This document shows, in pieces, positions 1-14,498 of a stretch of 64,000 bases of DNA. The notes under the pieces are model-generated. The model saw only the letters and a program-made list of their open reading frames with translations. It searched no databases and was not told the origin of the DNA. A program made the position numbers and the translations under genes. This stretch comes from Euprymna scolopes (lineage: Eukaryota): the NCBI GenBank assembly GCA_053919585.1, contig CM132806.1; one strand, given 5' to 3'. Position 1 is the first letter of the stretch; every line of letters begins with the position of its first letter.

Positions 1-1100
1 TATAGAAATAAAAAGACACACTAATGGGTTGAATAAGGGGTCAACTAGTTCTTAAGATTGGAAGAGTTAAAGTGTCAGTGGATATTTATTGTAATTTTTG
101 AAATGGTTGTAGAATTTTTGTGGGTGTCGTTTTTCTTTGGTGGGTTTTTCTCTGAATGCGTAGTCATTATACGGTATATACATTACAATTGAAATGATGT
201 AGGAAAAATAAAATGATAAGTAAGATGGTTGGCTTAGTATAAATTAAAATTTTAGAGAGGGGACCAAAATAGCAATTACGTAAGCGGGTATTTTTGTAAA
301 GTTTTTACATATGTGATGAGCCGAAGAGGAGATTTTCTTTTTTCATAAATTGCTTTTTGTTTTTTTTTATGATGCCGATAAACTTTCGCAAGAAGAGTAA
401 CTTGCTAGGGAGTTGACAAGCACTAGAGGTGCCCCTATTAGAAAAATAAAGATTGGAACTTGCGTATTCTGTGCTTTTTAACGCATGCCGCATGTAATGG
501 TTTCGAACAGAGGATAAGTCTCGGCACAATAAATTAAAAAGGATCGCATTGGATGGATACGAGATTCCTTATGATAAATAGGGCTATGAGAGTCTAAAGT
601 CTATTCACATATAGCATAATAAATTGAGAGAAAAGTAAAATATACCGTAAGTACGTAGGAAGATATTACATTGTATTTTTTAGAGACGCATGAATGGTGG
701 ATACCTCTGCTAGATGTTGGACGCTTCTGATGGAAAAAAAAGACAAAAATCACAAAAATCGAGCCGTAAGGTAGAATTTAGTGCGCAAATACAAATGTTG
801 TTGCAAAAGTGTTAGTTAGTTAAGAGTGATATTTTCTAGATCTTCAAGAAGTTCCAAGAGTCCAAGCAAGAAATCGAAGCGAATCAGTGGATGAAAGGTA
901 TATCTTAAACTTTGGAAACCAACCACAAAGATAAATGAGTTTGAGAATGTCCCAGAAAGATAAGGTAGTTAAAAAAACAACAAAGCTCTAATTAATAAAA
1001 GAACCATACGGAAGAAAGGATCAAGGACATATTTGGACGAAGAGTCGTCGATTTCGTTAAGAGGTAAAATGAGAGCTCAGTTTACGGCATAAGGCTGACT
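1..1100 (-). mobile_element. Heavily decayed Penelope-like element (RT region) remnant
   Basis: Frameshifted minus-strand peptides in PLE order: LDPFFRMV (~MVSFDV), FHQKR (~YxQxxG), LDSHSPIYHKESRI (~SxHPxxxK), RHALKS..SSNLYF...KFIGIIKK, YFGPLSKIL (~PYxGxxS). Recognised by eye only. Confidence 0.4.
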
Positions 1101-1526
1101 GGATGAAGCAGCTGACGTGAGTTATAGATTGTACTACTCTACACACAAAAAGAATAAACCAGAGATATCAGATAGAGAGTTTGGTCTAAAATAATAAAAT
1201 TTAAAGTCAGTTGGAAAAGGGCTGACTTGATAAAAAAAAAGGTTTCGTTTTTTTTTGTTTTATTGTGTCTGATCTTTCTTAGCCAAATCGTCATATAGAT
1301 ATAGAAAAAATGTACAAGAATTTTAAAATGCGTACATTTTTTGAAAATAAAGATAGGAGGAATGTTAGAGAATTGATCGAGGAGGAGAGAGGGTGGTGTG
1401 TAAATTATATTGAGACGCATTGACCGGAAGTAAGGATCAGCTGATCGGATTGCGTGTGAGTCACGTGATCAGGTAAGTTGAATCGTGGAGATTTGGTTTG
1501 GACGTAGAAGGCGACGTACGGCTTTA

Positions 1527-2240
1527 TGTTATATGATAAGGACTGCCCCCTTTTCATGTAAGTAAAAATTTGGGAATTAGCTAAATGTAAATATGAAATA
1601 GGATAGTCAAGGATTCGAACTTGCGAAGCTAGATTGGAATTGAGAATTCCAATCATAAGTAAAAATAAATACAGAATGTTATTGAAAATAAGGAATGTGG
1701 AATTATCATTGTTTAGCTCACACAGAATAGTTAGATATCTGTTTATTGAAAAAGGAATGTAATGATGAATTTTGTTTCTGATATAAAAACGAAAATTAAA
1801 ATAAGGTATTTAAAACCGGACAATGGAAAATGTTATTTGTAATGGGGGTTCCAAAAATTAGGTTAGAGGGTCGGCTTTGTCAGAAACATGTGCATAACAA
1901 TGCATGCTTAAACACGGAGGCATGTTGTGCCATGTGTTTTCATATGCACGTGCTTAGTAATGCAGTGACGTCATGAGGTATAAATTTAGTTAGATAAGTC
2001 AGAATCAAAATTAGTCAGCTGAGAAGCCAGAGAAGGGAGTCAGATCAGAGAAGCAGAGTCAAGCCCCATCCCTGGGAACAATAGGTTTTCGAGATAACCA
2101 GGTAACAACTTTGACTTCCTGAAATACAAAATCATGTCCGACTGGTCGAGGAAGAAATAAACGTATCATCATGTGGTTTTGTATCTGCGTCTTCGTGTTG
2201 TTATTCAACAGAAGATGTATTGTCTATTTCTATTATAATA
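1527..2240 (+). mobile_element. Solo LTR, family A
   Basis: Starts TGTTAT; shares the taggatagtc..attcgaac block and the gtcttcgtgt end block with copies at 14.5, 27.6 and 57-58.6 kb; GTGACGTCA-TATAAA at ~1965-1985 and AATAAA at ~2156. Confidence 0.65.
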
Positions 2241-2800
2241 ACTCTGTGAAATTCATCATCTCAAAAATAGGTAAGAAATATATGTACCATTGTTTATAGA
2301 AACATTCCCATTCACAGAACTGTGAAACGTATAAATGCCAAACGCAGTATCTCTCGGTATATATATCTATCTAGCTATATATCAAATCTCCTCTCATTGA
2401 ATTACAGGTTTGGCGATCCTCTCTTTATATGTACCCTGTCTGCTCTTATATATACAGAACTGTCTCTCTTTTTATATATACCTGTTTATATATATATATT
2501 TAAATATATAAGCCGTAATCTAAATAAGAACACTGTAACATACTCTCATATTTGGTACCTTCTAAAATAACACTTAAAAGATAACATTGAAATTTCTCCT
2601 TCCCTTCACTGGGAGGGACTGAGTTTGTAGAAACGAGACCAAGAGTACCACGCAAGCCAGAGGTTCACTTAAAACAAATGCATCGTGTTGGAGTGAATGA
2701 ACCTTCGTCCAAAACAGGTACCGTCTCCCCTTCAAGACACGAGATGTTCGAGATAGACCAACATCCAAGACGCAGAAGGCATGTTGAAAAATACATGTAC

Positions 2801-2831
<31 letters not shown>

Positions 2832-2876
2832 GCACACACACATACGCACACACACACGCACACACACACACACACA
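2801..2876. repeat. (CA)n microsatellite
   Basis: Read directly; explains ORFs 2574-2891, 2665-2877 and 2678-2887. Confidence 0.95.
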
Positions 2877-4698
2877 ATGGCCTATGAACATATCATTAAA
2901 TAAACTGGGCCACTAGACGATCTCCTTTATGATACAACGTAACAATATGGTCGAACAATAACTTGGGTGCCATTCTCTATATTATGCCTGCTGTAATTAA
3001 AAAAACCGCTCGGCAAATAGAAAAATCCAACTTAACTGTTGCATATAACAAGTGCCACAAAAATATAATGTTTACTGAGGGACTGCATGAGTGTGTTCGG
3101 GTGTTAAACTTATCAACACAGTAAATAAAACGGGGCAAATAACATTTTATACATAGTTCTTTTGAAAAAAAGACGAAAGGGAAACATACTTTATCTCCTT
3201 GTCTTTCGCTCACTCAGTGGTTATCACACTACAAGTCATACATCTTTCAATTTATAAACCCATAACGACTTAATTATAATTTGCATAACTTTATTCCATG
3301 ATTGCCTCTCTCGGAGTAATACGTATTTCCCTAGAGTCTTACATCTTCTAAAGATTGGCACACCGGATGTTGTCGTTGACTTTAAGAGATTGAACTCCAG
3401 TTAGTAATGTCATTGACTAAGTAACTCTCCTGGTGTTTGTGTTTGGAATATATAATACATCATTACTTTATTCTTTTACTGATATAAAGAGGTAAGTCCT
3501 TACTGTTTAGTTAAACTGCATTATTTTTTTATTCTAAAATAAAATTCTAATTCAGTTGTTTATTTTACTGATCTTAATTTTAAGAGAATTATTCCATTAT
3601 TTTTAACTCCAACACATTCTGCTGCAATTTCAATACATTCCTTTTGTTATCGAAATATGCAATCTCAAAACAACACATACAATACTATATGTTTAGGACA
3701 GGTTGGCCAGTTACTGTAATTGACGATCCAATCCTTATCAAATTCATGGCGGTAAGTGATTGAGAAGCATGGATCACCTAGGGATAATACGAAACTCACC
3801 GATATACGATACGAAATATATGTAGATTTATTTACATACAAATGCATGAGAAATAATAAAGAAATAGAGAGTATGAATTGATTGAGGAGAAAGTAACATT
3901 CCTTGCTGTTTGTATTTGATGATAGGCTGAGGGTTAGTCAGGAGAGCTGGTTGGCTGGCCATGCCAACGAGGAGTGCGATGATTTGTTAGGAGTCCAACG
4001 GAAAATAGTGAGAGATCTATAAAGCAGGAAGTAACCTATCTACCTTTGCCTTGTGGTAGCCAGGCCGGTGTCACCGGTGTTGAAGGGCGATAATCGAGTT
4101 ATCTGGGTTTTTTTTTACGGTGTTCAAGGTCGTAGATGTCCGAGAAGGACTGTTTAAACGGCAAACGAACACGGTTCGATCATAACGACAACACCGGTCC
4201 CCTAGCGCGTTTAGAGAATCTAATATTCAACATCAGCCTTTTAAAGAGATGTTCATCTGCACGCATAAAAACGTTTAGTATATATTTTCTAATGTTAGTG
4301 TGACAATGACTATGTTTGTTGAACTCTTAAACATCCCTTAGTCAAAGTGTCACAGCGTGTTTCTGCATGTTTAAGCAAGTCACATACATTTAAAGGAATT
4401 ATATTAACGGGCGTATTCTGGTGTTTACAGAACACATCTTGGCGCTCATAAAAAACATGCGGGCGCTCTCTGATTTACAAGTAATCCATCAATAAGCACA
4501 GCTATTTCTAACGTTTTTAGTGAGGAGGATTTTGTTAGTTCTCTCGCATCGTATAAAAAGGCCAACCTCCAACAAATCCTAAGTGCTTTTGAGGGCGTAA
4601 GCTAATGTGAAACGTACATTAATGCAAAAACCTTGGATTTGTAGGCCAAAACAACTCGAAAATATGTCTCTAATTCTGTTAATATATATTTTCGATAT

Positions 4699-4707
<9 letters not shown>

Positions 4708-4750
<43 letters not shown>

Positions 4751-4847
4751 CAGTAAAACACGTATACATATTTTATTACTAGCAGGAATTGTTACATTAC
4801 AGTGATGATTGCATAAACATGAAAAACTAGTGTATGTAAATCAAAAT

Positions 4848-4894
<47 letters not shown>

Positions 4895-5702
4895 TTCAAG
4901 CCTCTCTATATTATTGTTGTTTATTCAAAAAAAATCCTATGGTCTTGGCTTTTCGTTATATTTATTTATGAATTATTTGTACATAGAAAAATAATATTAA
5001 TTGCAATAAAAGATTACATAAATTGTTTAAATGCTAATTATTTTTTTAAATATTTATATATACAAATATCGTGTTAAAAAACATGGAAAACGGGAAATAA
5101 AACGTCACTAGTGAAAAAGTTGCTATGGGAACTACAGGGCAATTAGAAGAAATCGTCCTTATAAAACGTCAATGTTGGAAAAGTTGCTATTGGAAACCAG
5201 CAGCAAATCAGAAGTAATCGCCTCTTACGTTTCTTACATATTCTGAAAATGTTTAATCACCAGTAATTTTATTATACCTGACGAAATAACTGTGAAAATG
5301 TTTGTAATTTGGTCTCAAAATGAGTGAACGGTGAAACTTTAAAGCCGTTCTAAAGTAAGTAAACCTGACACTCAACCATATGTTCAAACAGGTAGTGTTG
5401 AATGGTGAGATCTGTTCGTTCGTCGAAATGCCAAATTTTCGAAATCATCAGTGCAATTTGTAACGATTGACGCCGGTCGGAGATTCGAACTCGGTAATGA
5501 AGCCATCTCTGACTCTATTAGCAAGGAACAAACCCACACGGCAACAATTAACGCAAGAGTTACAGTTACAAGTTAAATATTTCTTTTTAAATATGAAGAC
5601 GGTGATAGAAATCTAATTATTATGAAATCATGATCTGCGCTTTAGTGACTGATTTTTAACGTCAGCTTAGAATGCTCAACAATAAGAACCCATTTCTCAT
5701 AA

Positions 5703-5772
<70 letters not shown>
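4708..5772. repeat. Cluster of (TA)n microsatellites (~4708-4746, 4853-4892, 5705-5772) plus a ~65-bp diverged tandem duplication (5097-5228)
   Basis: Read directly; ataaaacgtca...aaagttgctat..gaa..aatcg occurs twice in tandem. Confidence 0.85.
5380..5550 (-). mobile_element. tRNA-derived SINE remnant
   Basis: Minus strand has a Pol III B-box GAGTTCGAATCTC (~5480-5492) with a degenerate A-box region upstream. Confidence 0.45.
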
Positions 5773-5775
<3 letters not shown>

Positions 5776-6263
5776 TGCATAATTGTCTTACAGGATGGAT
5801 AATTACCCAACGAATAAAAATTCACTATTATTTAAGCATTAACGGAAACAGATATAAGAACTCACAGAACGTCCATACCAATAGAGGTAGAGGAGCTTTT
5901 AGTGATTAAGCTGATCATATAAACTACTCATTTAGGAAAAAGCGACCGACAACACAGAGAATATGGTTGGATGTATCTAAAGAATATAAGTGTTATTGGC
6001 GACTTGACAAAAATAATTAACCGATAAACAAACTCCATCATAGGAATAAATATATACACTATAACCACAAATGAGCAACAAATGAGACCCCAGTTATTAT
6101 TTGCTGTGCATACTTACATACGAATGAACTCTTCTATTACTTATTAATACTGCTCCTATCTCGAGATAAGATGATAGTGGTCCAAAGAGTGGGTCGGAGC
6201 GATGGCAAGAGAAAGTAAAGTCAAAGAACCGGTTATCCATATTGAATGATACCAAGATTTAAA

Positions 6264-6264
6264 A

Positions 6265-6343
<79 letters not shown>
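6264..6343. repeat. Compound (ACT)n(AAT)n microsatellite
   Basis: Read directly; explains the poly-L/poly-I ORF 6246-6485. Confidence 0.95.
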
Positions 6344-6345
<2 letters not shown>

Positions 6346-6934
6346 AAAATCCTTTTATCCAACTCCCGACTTCAGCTGTATTATTCACCATTCGTTCTCT
6401 TTCTCAGCTGCACCCCAAAAACAACACATTCTCTGCTTTCCATTCGTCATTTTCACAGCCGTCACTGTCATTATATGCAAATTAATGTCATATCTAAATT
6501 AATGAGCAGTCTATAGACGAAAGTTCTTCTTTTGTCTTTCCCTCCTTGTTTCTGTCACCCTACTTGATAGACAGACGTTTGTGTAAGTCACGTTCTGCAT
6601 TATTTTAGCTACACACATATTACGTTTTCGTTATAAAGAAAATATTCGACCACATATAAGTTTTTCTTAATCATCAGACGTCGTTGATACAAGTCAAGTA
6701 TATTGCATGAGCAGAAAGCGCAGAAGAAAATGAACCAATAGACTAAAGTTTAACATTAGAACCTAGCACAACCAAACAGATTTTGTAAAAAGAAACAAGG
6801 CATAAAAATAAACTAAATCTATTTAAATACATATTCCCAATCTTAGCATAAAATGCAGGCGTAATAAAAGCAGAAAAAAGCAAGATTTTGGCAAGTTTGA
6901 AGCCATAAACAATTTACTATATAACAATATACAA

Positions 6935-7423
6935 TCTATATATCTATAAAAATCAGAATGTGTGTGAGGATACTTCTCAACCTAATTACTCAATGAATTT
7001 TAGATTTACAAAGTTTAAATGTTGTATATAAAAAGCAGTTAATTTTTTTTAATCGGTTATCATCCAGAAAACGGGCATCTAAGAAGTCACAATTGAAACA
7101 TTAGTACGTGGAAGTCATCGGATTTTTGTTTGGCAACTCCTTCACGAAAGCGCATGCGTGACTGTGAAACGTGACATCTGCTGTCTATTAAGAATAAGTA
7201 GGTTTGAAACACTTTGTAAATATCGTGCCAAGCTGGTCGAAGGCTTATCGTATTTGATTCACTGTCTTTGGGTATTGTGTTCGATCTTAGCTCGACTATT
7301 TTTTAATTACAGGAACGTTAGAACAAATATAATACTCCCATGCACATATCACAGTTTTTGTATTAATTGAAATATAATATTTATGCATATTTCATGACCG
7401 GGCAACGCCAAGCACCTTGCTTG
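6935..7423 (+). mobile_element. Non-autonomous Helitron
   Basis: A|TCTATATATCTATAAAA 5' end; degenerate 3' hairpin CCGGGCAACGCCaa then CTtG|T; same termini as 36725-37148. Confidence 0.7.
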
Positions 7424-7499
7424 TTTATAATAAATGTTCGAATTGATAACCATTTTCTTAAAAGTGTTTTAATTTGGAAAACACAAAACATGGAGAGTA

Positions 7500-9068
7500 G
7501 ATAATATACGGAGGATGCTTTATCGGCAGCTCCTGTAACTCTCGCTTCTCCTAATTTATAACTTAATTTTCATTTACCATGAGTGATTTTTCTGATAAAG
7601 GGAGAAGAAAAAGCTGCATGCTATGTCGGCATTTTTTTGTTTTTAACGAGTAGTCGACTATAATGTGGGGAATGTTCTGTTTCTATGTCTATCCTTGTCG
7701 CCATACCACTTATAAGGGTACTGGAGGTAAAAATTTTAACTGGGCTGACGTTACCCGCCTGATAGTTAGAAACACGAACCTTGGATTAACCACTAAGTAG
7801 GCCGTCCTATCAGCATGTACAACATACGGAGGCTGTTTTGTTGCCGTTTGGATTCTGGACTATGCAGTCGTTTTGTTGAGGCTTCTCGATGCCACATTAC
7901 TATTTCATTTTTATTGCTTCACCTTATAAAGCCTACAACAAAAAATTAATCCCTTCTTTTTCTCCCTTACTTTCCTTTCTGACCTGCTCTAGCCCAGCCT
8001 GTCGACCTGTTCCTAAAATCTCAAACTCTCTGATGAAAATTCTCTTACGAAAATACACGATTACACCCAGAAGTCCAACTTCCAACGTACAGGTCAACGT
8101 CCATGTCTTTTATTCAAACATCAGAAGCTTACGTTCCAACCTTTCAAAGGTAAAAAACTGATTACAGGAGACCAAACTAAGCGAAACAGGCATTGAACCG
8201 AGTATTTCCTGGATGAGTTCCTAATTATAGGATACTCCCAAGATCGCCATTGGCATGAAATTTGTGCCTACATTAACGATGGCTTTTTATTTCGTAGAAA
8301 CCCCTAAGGAGAAAACCCCACATTTCCTTACATGTGGTTATATTTGCCTTCTATTATCCCCACAACAGCAGGGTTACTATCTTTTTGAGCATATCTGAGA
8401 AAATTGACCACACTTTGTCTGCTCATCCATCGGTTAAATTTCACGTCTGTGGAGATATCAATGTTCACAATATTAAATGGTTATCCCACTCATACAAAAC
8501 AGATTAGTGGAGATTCTGTCACGATTACTTCATTGCTTATGACATAACTCATATTAGTCAACAATCCACTCGTGTGTCCGATACTGAACGTAAGTATACA
8601 AGTCTCCTACACCGTTTTCTAACAAAATACCCTGAACTATGTTCATCTTCATTCTGTATTCACTGGATCTTCCGATCATTCGGTTGTATCAGTTAAGATA
8701 AACACAAATGTTATGTCCTCTAACGTACCCCTCCATCGTACAGTATATTGATACACTATGACTAACATGGATAGCTTCCTTACATTTGTATTAGATCTAT
8801 CTCTGCGTTCCATGTTTAAAAAGAATGCGACCTCTATACTATCAGACATGAAAGAATGATTACTTGTGGAACTCTGTTCCGTCTGCTTGCTTCCCACCGG
8901 ACTACAACTTGGATATCTTAAAGTCCAACGTTAACAAATTCCAAATGAACCGTCCCCTTAAGTAAACACTTCATCAAATCTCCACACTAACGTCATGCAC
9001 CTGCAATAACCATTATCCCTGAGTGACTTCCGGGCCTTGATAAGTGGTGATCACTGTGTAAAAAAAAA
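7500..9068 (+). mobile_element. Internally deleted CR1/L2-like LINE (5' UTR, APE endonuclease, last RT codons, 3' UTR, polyA)
   Basis: APE motifs FYSNIRSLRSN, GDINVHNIKWL and GSSDHSVV, joined at ~8855 to LWNSVPSACFPPDYNLDILKSNVNK, then the 3' UTR and an A-tail; 5' part homologous to 29410-30220. Confidence 0.8.
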
Positions 9069-9079
9069 TACTTATAATG

Positions 9080-10365
9080 TATAGGCCGCCTAAAGACGAA
9101 AGGTACATCAGAGATGCTGGTGAAGCGCAAGCTTGACATTATTGCTGATGCAGGAGTTTCTCTGAAGCTGTGCGTACTCCAGATGGCCCCTAAAAAGAAC
9201 AGAGCGGATGTTTCTACTAGAGTGAGAAAGAATTGGCTCGTGACCAAAAATAAATATGCTTATGCAGTGTCTGATCTTGATAATTCTTGGGTTCAAGAGT
9301 TGCAAGATCTGCATCATATGGGGGTAGATAAGACGTTGTACCTGGTGAGAAAAATCGACCCGAGTGTACTGAAGGAACAAGTAAAGAAAGTGGTAAGGAC
9401 TTGCAAAAGTTGTCAGTCAATTGATCCTGCTCCAAGAACGCACGAAGTTGGAGACTTAAGAGTTACTGTGACCTGGGAAAGAATGTCGGTAGGTGTAGCC
9501 CATGACAATGATCGAATGTGGCCCTGGGCGTTTTGCATTATGGAAAAGGCTGCGAGGTAAAACAGCCGGTGAAATAGCGGCAGCCCTCGGCATGGTGTCA
9601 CGGGAGCAAGGTCCGGTGGAAGAGCTACTAACTGATAACGGTGCCGCATTTAGATCGTTAGCAGTGGCGAATGTACTTAAGAAAGGGGATATGTGTCAAT
9701 TTTCCACAGCTTCCTATAGACCCAGTGGCAATAGAATTGTTGGAAAAATCCGCCGGACAATAAAGGCAGTGGCAGAGAGAAGAAGCAGTTCGCCCGATAA
9801 GCTGTCTACTGACACAATATGTCGCCTACATCGGGGCAAGTGAAACACAGGATTCCATGCCTGCCAATATTCACGTAGTCCTAGAGGGGTTCCGGGATTT
9901 TTCCAGCAAGCAGGGAGACACGGGCAACAGGTACCATCAAACTCGGGGATCAAGTATGGGTGAAGCCTCCAAGGGCATGATGTACAACATTGGAGCAGAA
10001 GACGTGTAACCGGGAGTAATACGAGCAACAACATTGCAGTAGACAGAGTAGCAAGACATATTCTGGATATCAGACATGTAAACTGAATCAGTGGAAAGTG
10101 ATGTGCAGCAAGAGAGTGATGAAACACCTCGGAGGCTGAGTAAGAAAAGACAGCCACCACCTTGGATGAGGGAGTAGAAAATGTGAACTAGAGATCAGGG
10201 GGGCGTTTTGTCGTAAGTTAAGGAAACAGAAGTGTTACCACGTGTGTGTGTGTGTGTCTGTCTGTCTGTCTGTCTGTCTGTCGGGCGAGGTAGGGCGATA
10301 AAGAGAGAAATTAACGATTGCGCCTGTGGTTTTATAAGCTGTGGTGTTCCGAAATCTTGCCACAC
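9080..10365 (+). mobile_element. Gypsy LTR retrotransposon 3' remnant (RNase H end, integrase, PPT, short 3' LTR)
   Basis: NRADVSTR; HHCC LHHMGVDKT...CKSCQSIDP; core ELLTDNGAAFRS and YRPSGNRIV..RTIK; purine tract ~10191-10203 followed by TGT...ACA at ~10209-10365. Confidence 0.85.
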
Positions 10366-10849
10366 ACATGCAAATGCGTAAAATAAGCTATGTAAAAGCA
10401 GCTGAAAGTGTTAAGAAGTATGATTGTGTCCTTTTACGATTATTAGGACTATTAGTATTTGGAGGGCCGTGTTAAAAAGATAAGCCTAATAGATTTTTTG
10501 CACTTAAGTGGCTATGACCTGTATTAAAAACGATGTTGAAGTACAGTACACACCATAAGAGATGTTCAGTGACAGTGCGTTGCCTTATTTATCGAAACTA
10601 AAACGAAGTGGTGGAAAAATGCTCCCTAGTTCTGTATTTAAAAGTGTTTTGTCGTAGAAAAATCACTTACACCATTAATATCTAATGGCAATTTCGCATT
10701 GCAAGCAGTTTTTTGAATAAATAAAAAAACAGCATTTATTTCTTTTTTTATTGCTTCAGTTATCACATGCTTCATTACCGCAACAAGGCACACTTTCGTA
10801 CAGGTGACTATTACGTGGGATATATTTTGCAAGGATACTATGTAGGGAG

Positions 10850-13400
10850 TTAAGCAGCAGGATGTTGTTTACATTATACTTCAAATACTGTATGTCAGTA
10901 CAGTCAGGGAACGAGAGAATTCCAAAGTCTATCAGTATGAGGGAAGAAACTCTTAGTAATAGGCTTTCTGCCATCTGGGAATCGCTACTGTGTATAGGGT
11001 GGAATTTACCTTCTTGTTTTTTGGAGGGGGTAATTTATACAGAGGGGGTACAAGGGCCTGTAGTTTGTCGGAGCACCTAAATACTTGTAAAAACAGGCAG
11101 AGGAATGAAATATTTTGTCGATAGGGAAGAGGGCTTAGTCTAGTGTACAGTACGGGACCTATCAGCTTGGCGACTGTCTTTTGAACTTTGTCTGAAAGTG
11201 AGAGACGATTTCAGCAAAACTGTGACAACAATACGCTATAAATAAACAAATGGACGATTCCCTCAGGCATAAGTAACTTTCTAGCACCGTAGCGAGAGAG
11301 CCTGTTTCTTGTCAGCAGCTTTGCCAATATCCTCAATGTATTCGTGATTATTGATGTTCCATAGGTAAGTTAGGCTGAAGAGTTTGAACTTTCAGGTAAT
11401 GCATCATTAGTCATGGCTATAAGTGGTTGAGAAGCATCTATTTTTTCCCAATTCCACTAAAGACTGGATGTTTTTCTCTAGCGTTTCCGCCATTGTTTTA
11501 GATGTGTTCATTCGTTTCGCCTCCGTGTTTGTTATAGAGTGTGGTAAATATACACCTCTCGGAAACATCTTTATCAGGGAGTTTATTTATGGATATCATG
11601 AATAATAAAGGTCCAAGAGTCGCCCCTTGAAGCCCACCTGCATTTATATCATATTGATTTTAGGTACAATCGTCGGCAACCTGGATTCCTATCTTATTAA
11701 AAAAAATAATTCTATCAATTATTTGTACCGTAATTCTATACTATGTGATTTTCATCAGTAGAACATCGTGTTATACTCTGTGAATGCTTTAGATATATCT
11801 AGGTTTACGGCCATATCATCTCCTGCGTTATCCAGCAAATGACATATACATTCAGAGATTACAGTTAGTATATCTGCAGTAGAATACGCTTACCGAAATC
11901 CATACTTTTAGTCGGACAGAAATTTAGAAGTTGTGAGTAGTAAACTAGAGCTTGATGAATAAATGACAACGATTTTGGTAGAAAGAGGGAGGAGACTAAT
12001 TGGGTATTAATTTAATGGATCTTTTTTTTCACTGAAATTCTTGTAAACTGGTACTAAAGAAGTAGTTTTCTAACAGTTAGAAAAATAAAATTCGTTTAGG
12101 GTTTTATTGGAAAGTTTACAGAGACTGGCGTAACGTAGGTCCAGCATATTTTGTATTGTATAGCCGGGATGAAATCAGGCGCATACACTGTTGATTTGTC
12201 TAGGTTTTTTTATGATATCATGTACTAAAGAAAGGGTAATTTTCAGATAATCTAGTGGGGGTTCTCTCCGCAAAGGTAAATCTGGGAGGAAGTGGTTTTC
12301 TGGGTCTAAATTAGAGTGTGAGGCAAACCGACTGGCAAGCAAGTTAACCTTCTAGGTTCCGTGCAAACAACTTCACGGTTATTAGATAGTAGATGGATTG
12401 ATGATTGCCTATTATATACTATATTGTTATATATTATATAGCATATTGTTATATATTGTATGCTATATTGTTATTGATCCTCCAAAAATCACGAGTTACT
12501 AATCCCTGCGCTTCAATGTGTTTTCTGGTGGTTTCGGTATATTCTCTCTTAGCTGTCGCTATTTCTTTCTTACAATTACTTCTAGCTTCTATAAATTTTT
12601 GTCTACGTGTACTGGATTTATTTCGCGTAAATATGCAAGACGTATGCCACCTTTGAACTATGAAAGGGTCGCAACTAGAAGTAAACCATTAGGGGGAGTG
12701 AAGTTTCTATAGAATTTCCGTGTGGAGACGTGCGCTTTAATTGCCGCTTTCAACTATTAAAATTTTCTGCAGAGAGAGAAAATGGATTTCCGCATGGAGC
12801 ATCCCGTATTTGATTTCTTCCGGCTTCTCAGTAAGATTTATTGCAGTGCCTTGTCATTTTCAGTAATGGCTTTTTCACTTGGGGTCTTGGGTTTAGAATG
12901 ATGTCTATCATTATCACAGAGCGATCGGGATTCCCGAGAATGTTACAAAATGCTCAAAAACTGCGGTCAGTAATAAGTCAAGAAGTGAGGTTTGCTGGAA
13001 GACGGGTCGAAAACATTAGTTTCTCTGTCAGGGAATGAGATTAAAAAGTTATGTGATGTTACCAACGGGGCCTATGGAACTAGAGAAGCAAATGCAAGTA
13101 TTGTAATAGATAGTAAAGTCGCAGAATACTTGAGCATTAATGGCTAGAAGAAGTGTGACATCTATGCTGTAAGAGACGATATTTATTAGAGTTGAGGGAA
13201 GCGCAGGAGAGAAAATGTAAGTAACTAACGATATATTTTCAAGTTAGTCTAAAGCACAGGAAGGACTGGACGTCTGATTTTGTCACGGGTAGGATGTTAC
13301 GAATATACATACAAAATCCCTGCATGTGTCTGTCAGAGTCCTTATGACATAATGTAAAATAACCAGACATGTTAATATGATAATACGTGGCTTAGTGGAG
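10850..13400 (-). mobile_element. Decayed CR1/L2-like LINE (EN-RT)
   Basis: Minus-strand motifs SDH, LSD*KYGFR*AYSTADIL, AVNLDISKAF, NAGGLQGATLGPLLF, SFFPHTDRLWNSL, with many stops and frameshifts. Confidence 0.8.
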
Positions 13401-13454
13401 GATGCCCTTTTCTCTTCCCTGCAATCTCTCTCGCACAGAAGAGAGTTGTGAGCC

Positions 13455-13840
13455 TGTCTTTGGTTTATTGTTACTTCCAATCTCTGGTCCCCCCTCGCCA
13501 ATCTTTCACGATATACACCTGTCTAACTGAAACCACTGTCAATAATTTCCCCACTCTTTATCTGTACAAAAAGCAAAACGTAGATTCCATGAACAAAGCT
13601 TCTTTCTTAGAACTGCACGCCTGTGGAACTCTCTCCCGTTTGCCTGTTTCCCACCTGACTACAACTTGGATGTCTTCAAGTCCAACATAAACAAATTTCT
13701 GATGAACAGCCCCCTTAAGTAAGATACGTTTTCAAATTTCCAATGCAAACGATATTATCCCATTGATTACTGTACACGCAATAACCCTTATCCTCGAGTG
13801 GCTTCCGGGCCTTGATAAGTGGTGATTACTATGTAAAGAA
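13455..13840 (+). mobile_element. CR1/L2-like LINE 3' end
   Basis: LWNSLPFACFPPDYNLDVFKSNINKF plus a 3' UTR closely similar to 8860-9068. Confidence 0.85.
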
Positions 13841-14421
13841 AAGAGGAGTGTTAGTTAGCGCTAAGATATTCGGCGTGTTTGCTAAGAGAAATGCGTTTAC
13901 ATAGTTTAAGTTAGTTCTATGTCCACCGATATTATATTTGCATATATTATATCAAAGCTTTAAATAATCTTTATAGTACTTTGTTTTTGAAACCAGATGA
14001 TGGCACCGCCATGTACATAATCTTTAAACGGATGTTATTAATTATAAATGCGGCAGTAGTTGTTCTATCGACCGAAATGTTTTATAAATATTTCACTTTT
14101 ATTTTTCATTCTTTACGCGATATTAGTTCGATTTGCATTCCCTGGGTTATTTGTTCTTTGTATTTTCCAGATTTTGTAAAATTCCAGTCCACCGTTAGTT
14201 TCACATATGCTTTGGTAAACATTAATGGTGAAATGTGTTTTATTCGCTTTTCGTGGTCACGGGCTATAAAATCGATTCTCATTTCGCGGAAAATACGTTC
14301 TGTAAAGTTAAGAAACTCAATTTTTTAATGGATGTTTTTTCCGTCCTAAACTAAATCACGTGCGTGAATGGATGCAATTAAAAAAAAGCACTTGAGCGGT
14401 TTTCAAGAAATTGTAATTCTC

Positions 14422-14497
<76 letters not shown>

Positions 14498-14498
<1 letters not shown>

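Noticed and set aside
7708-9077. acttataa as a target-site duplication of the deleted LINE
   Set aside because: The left copy lies inside the element, because homology with 29.4 kb extends ~200 bp further upstream.
10850-13840. Twin-priming 5' inversion
   Set aside because: Both oppositely oriented pieces contain their own 3' ends, so they are separate insertions.
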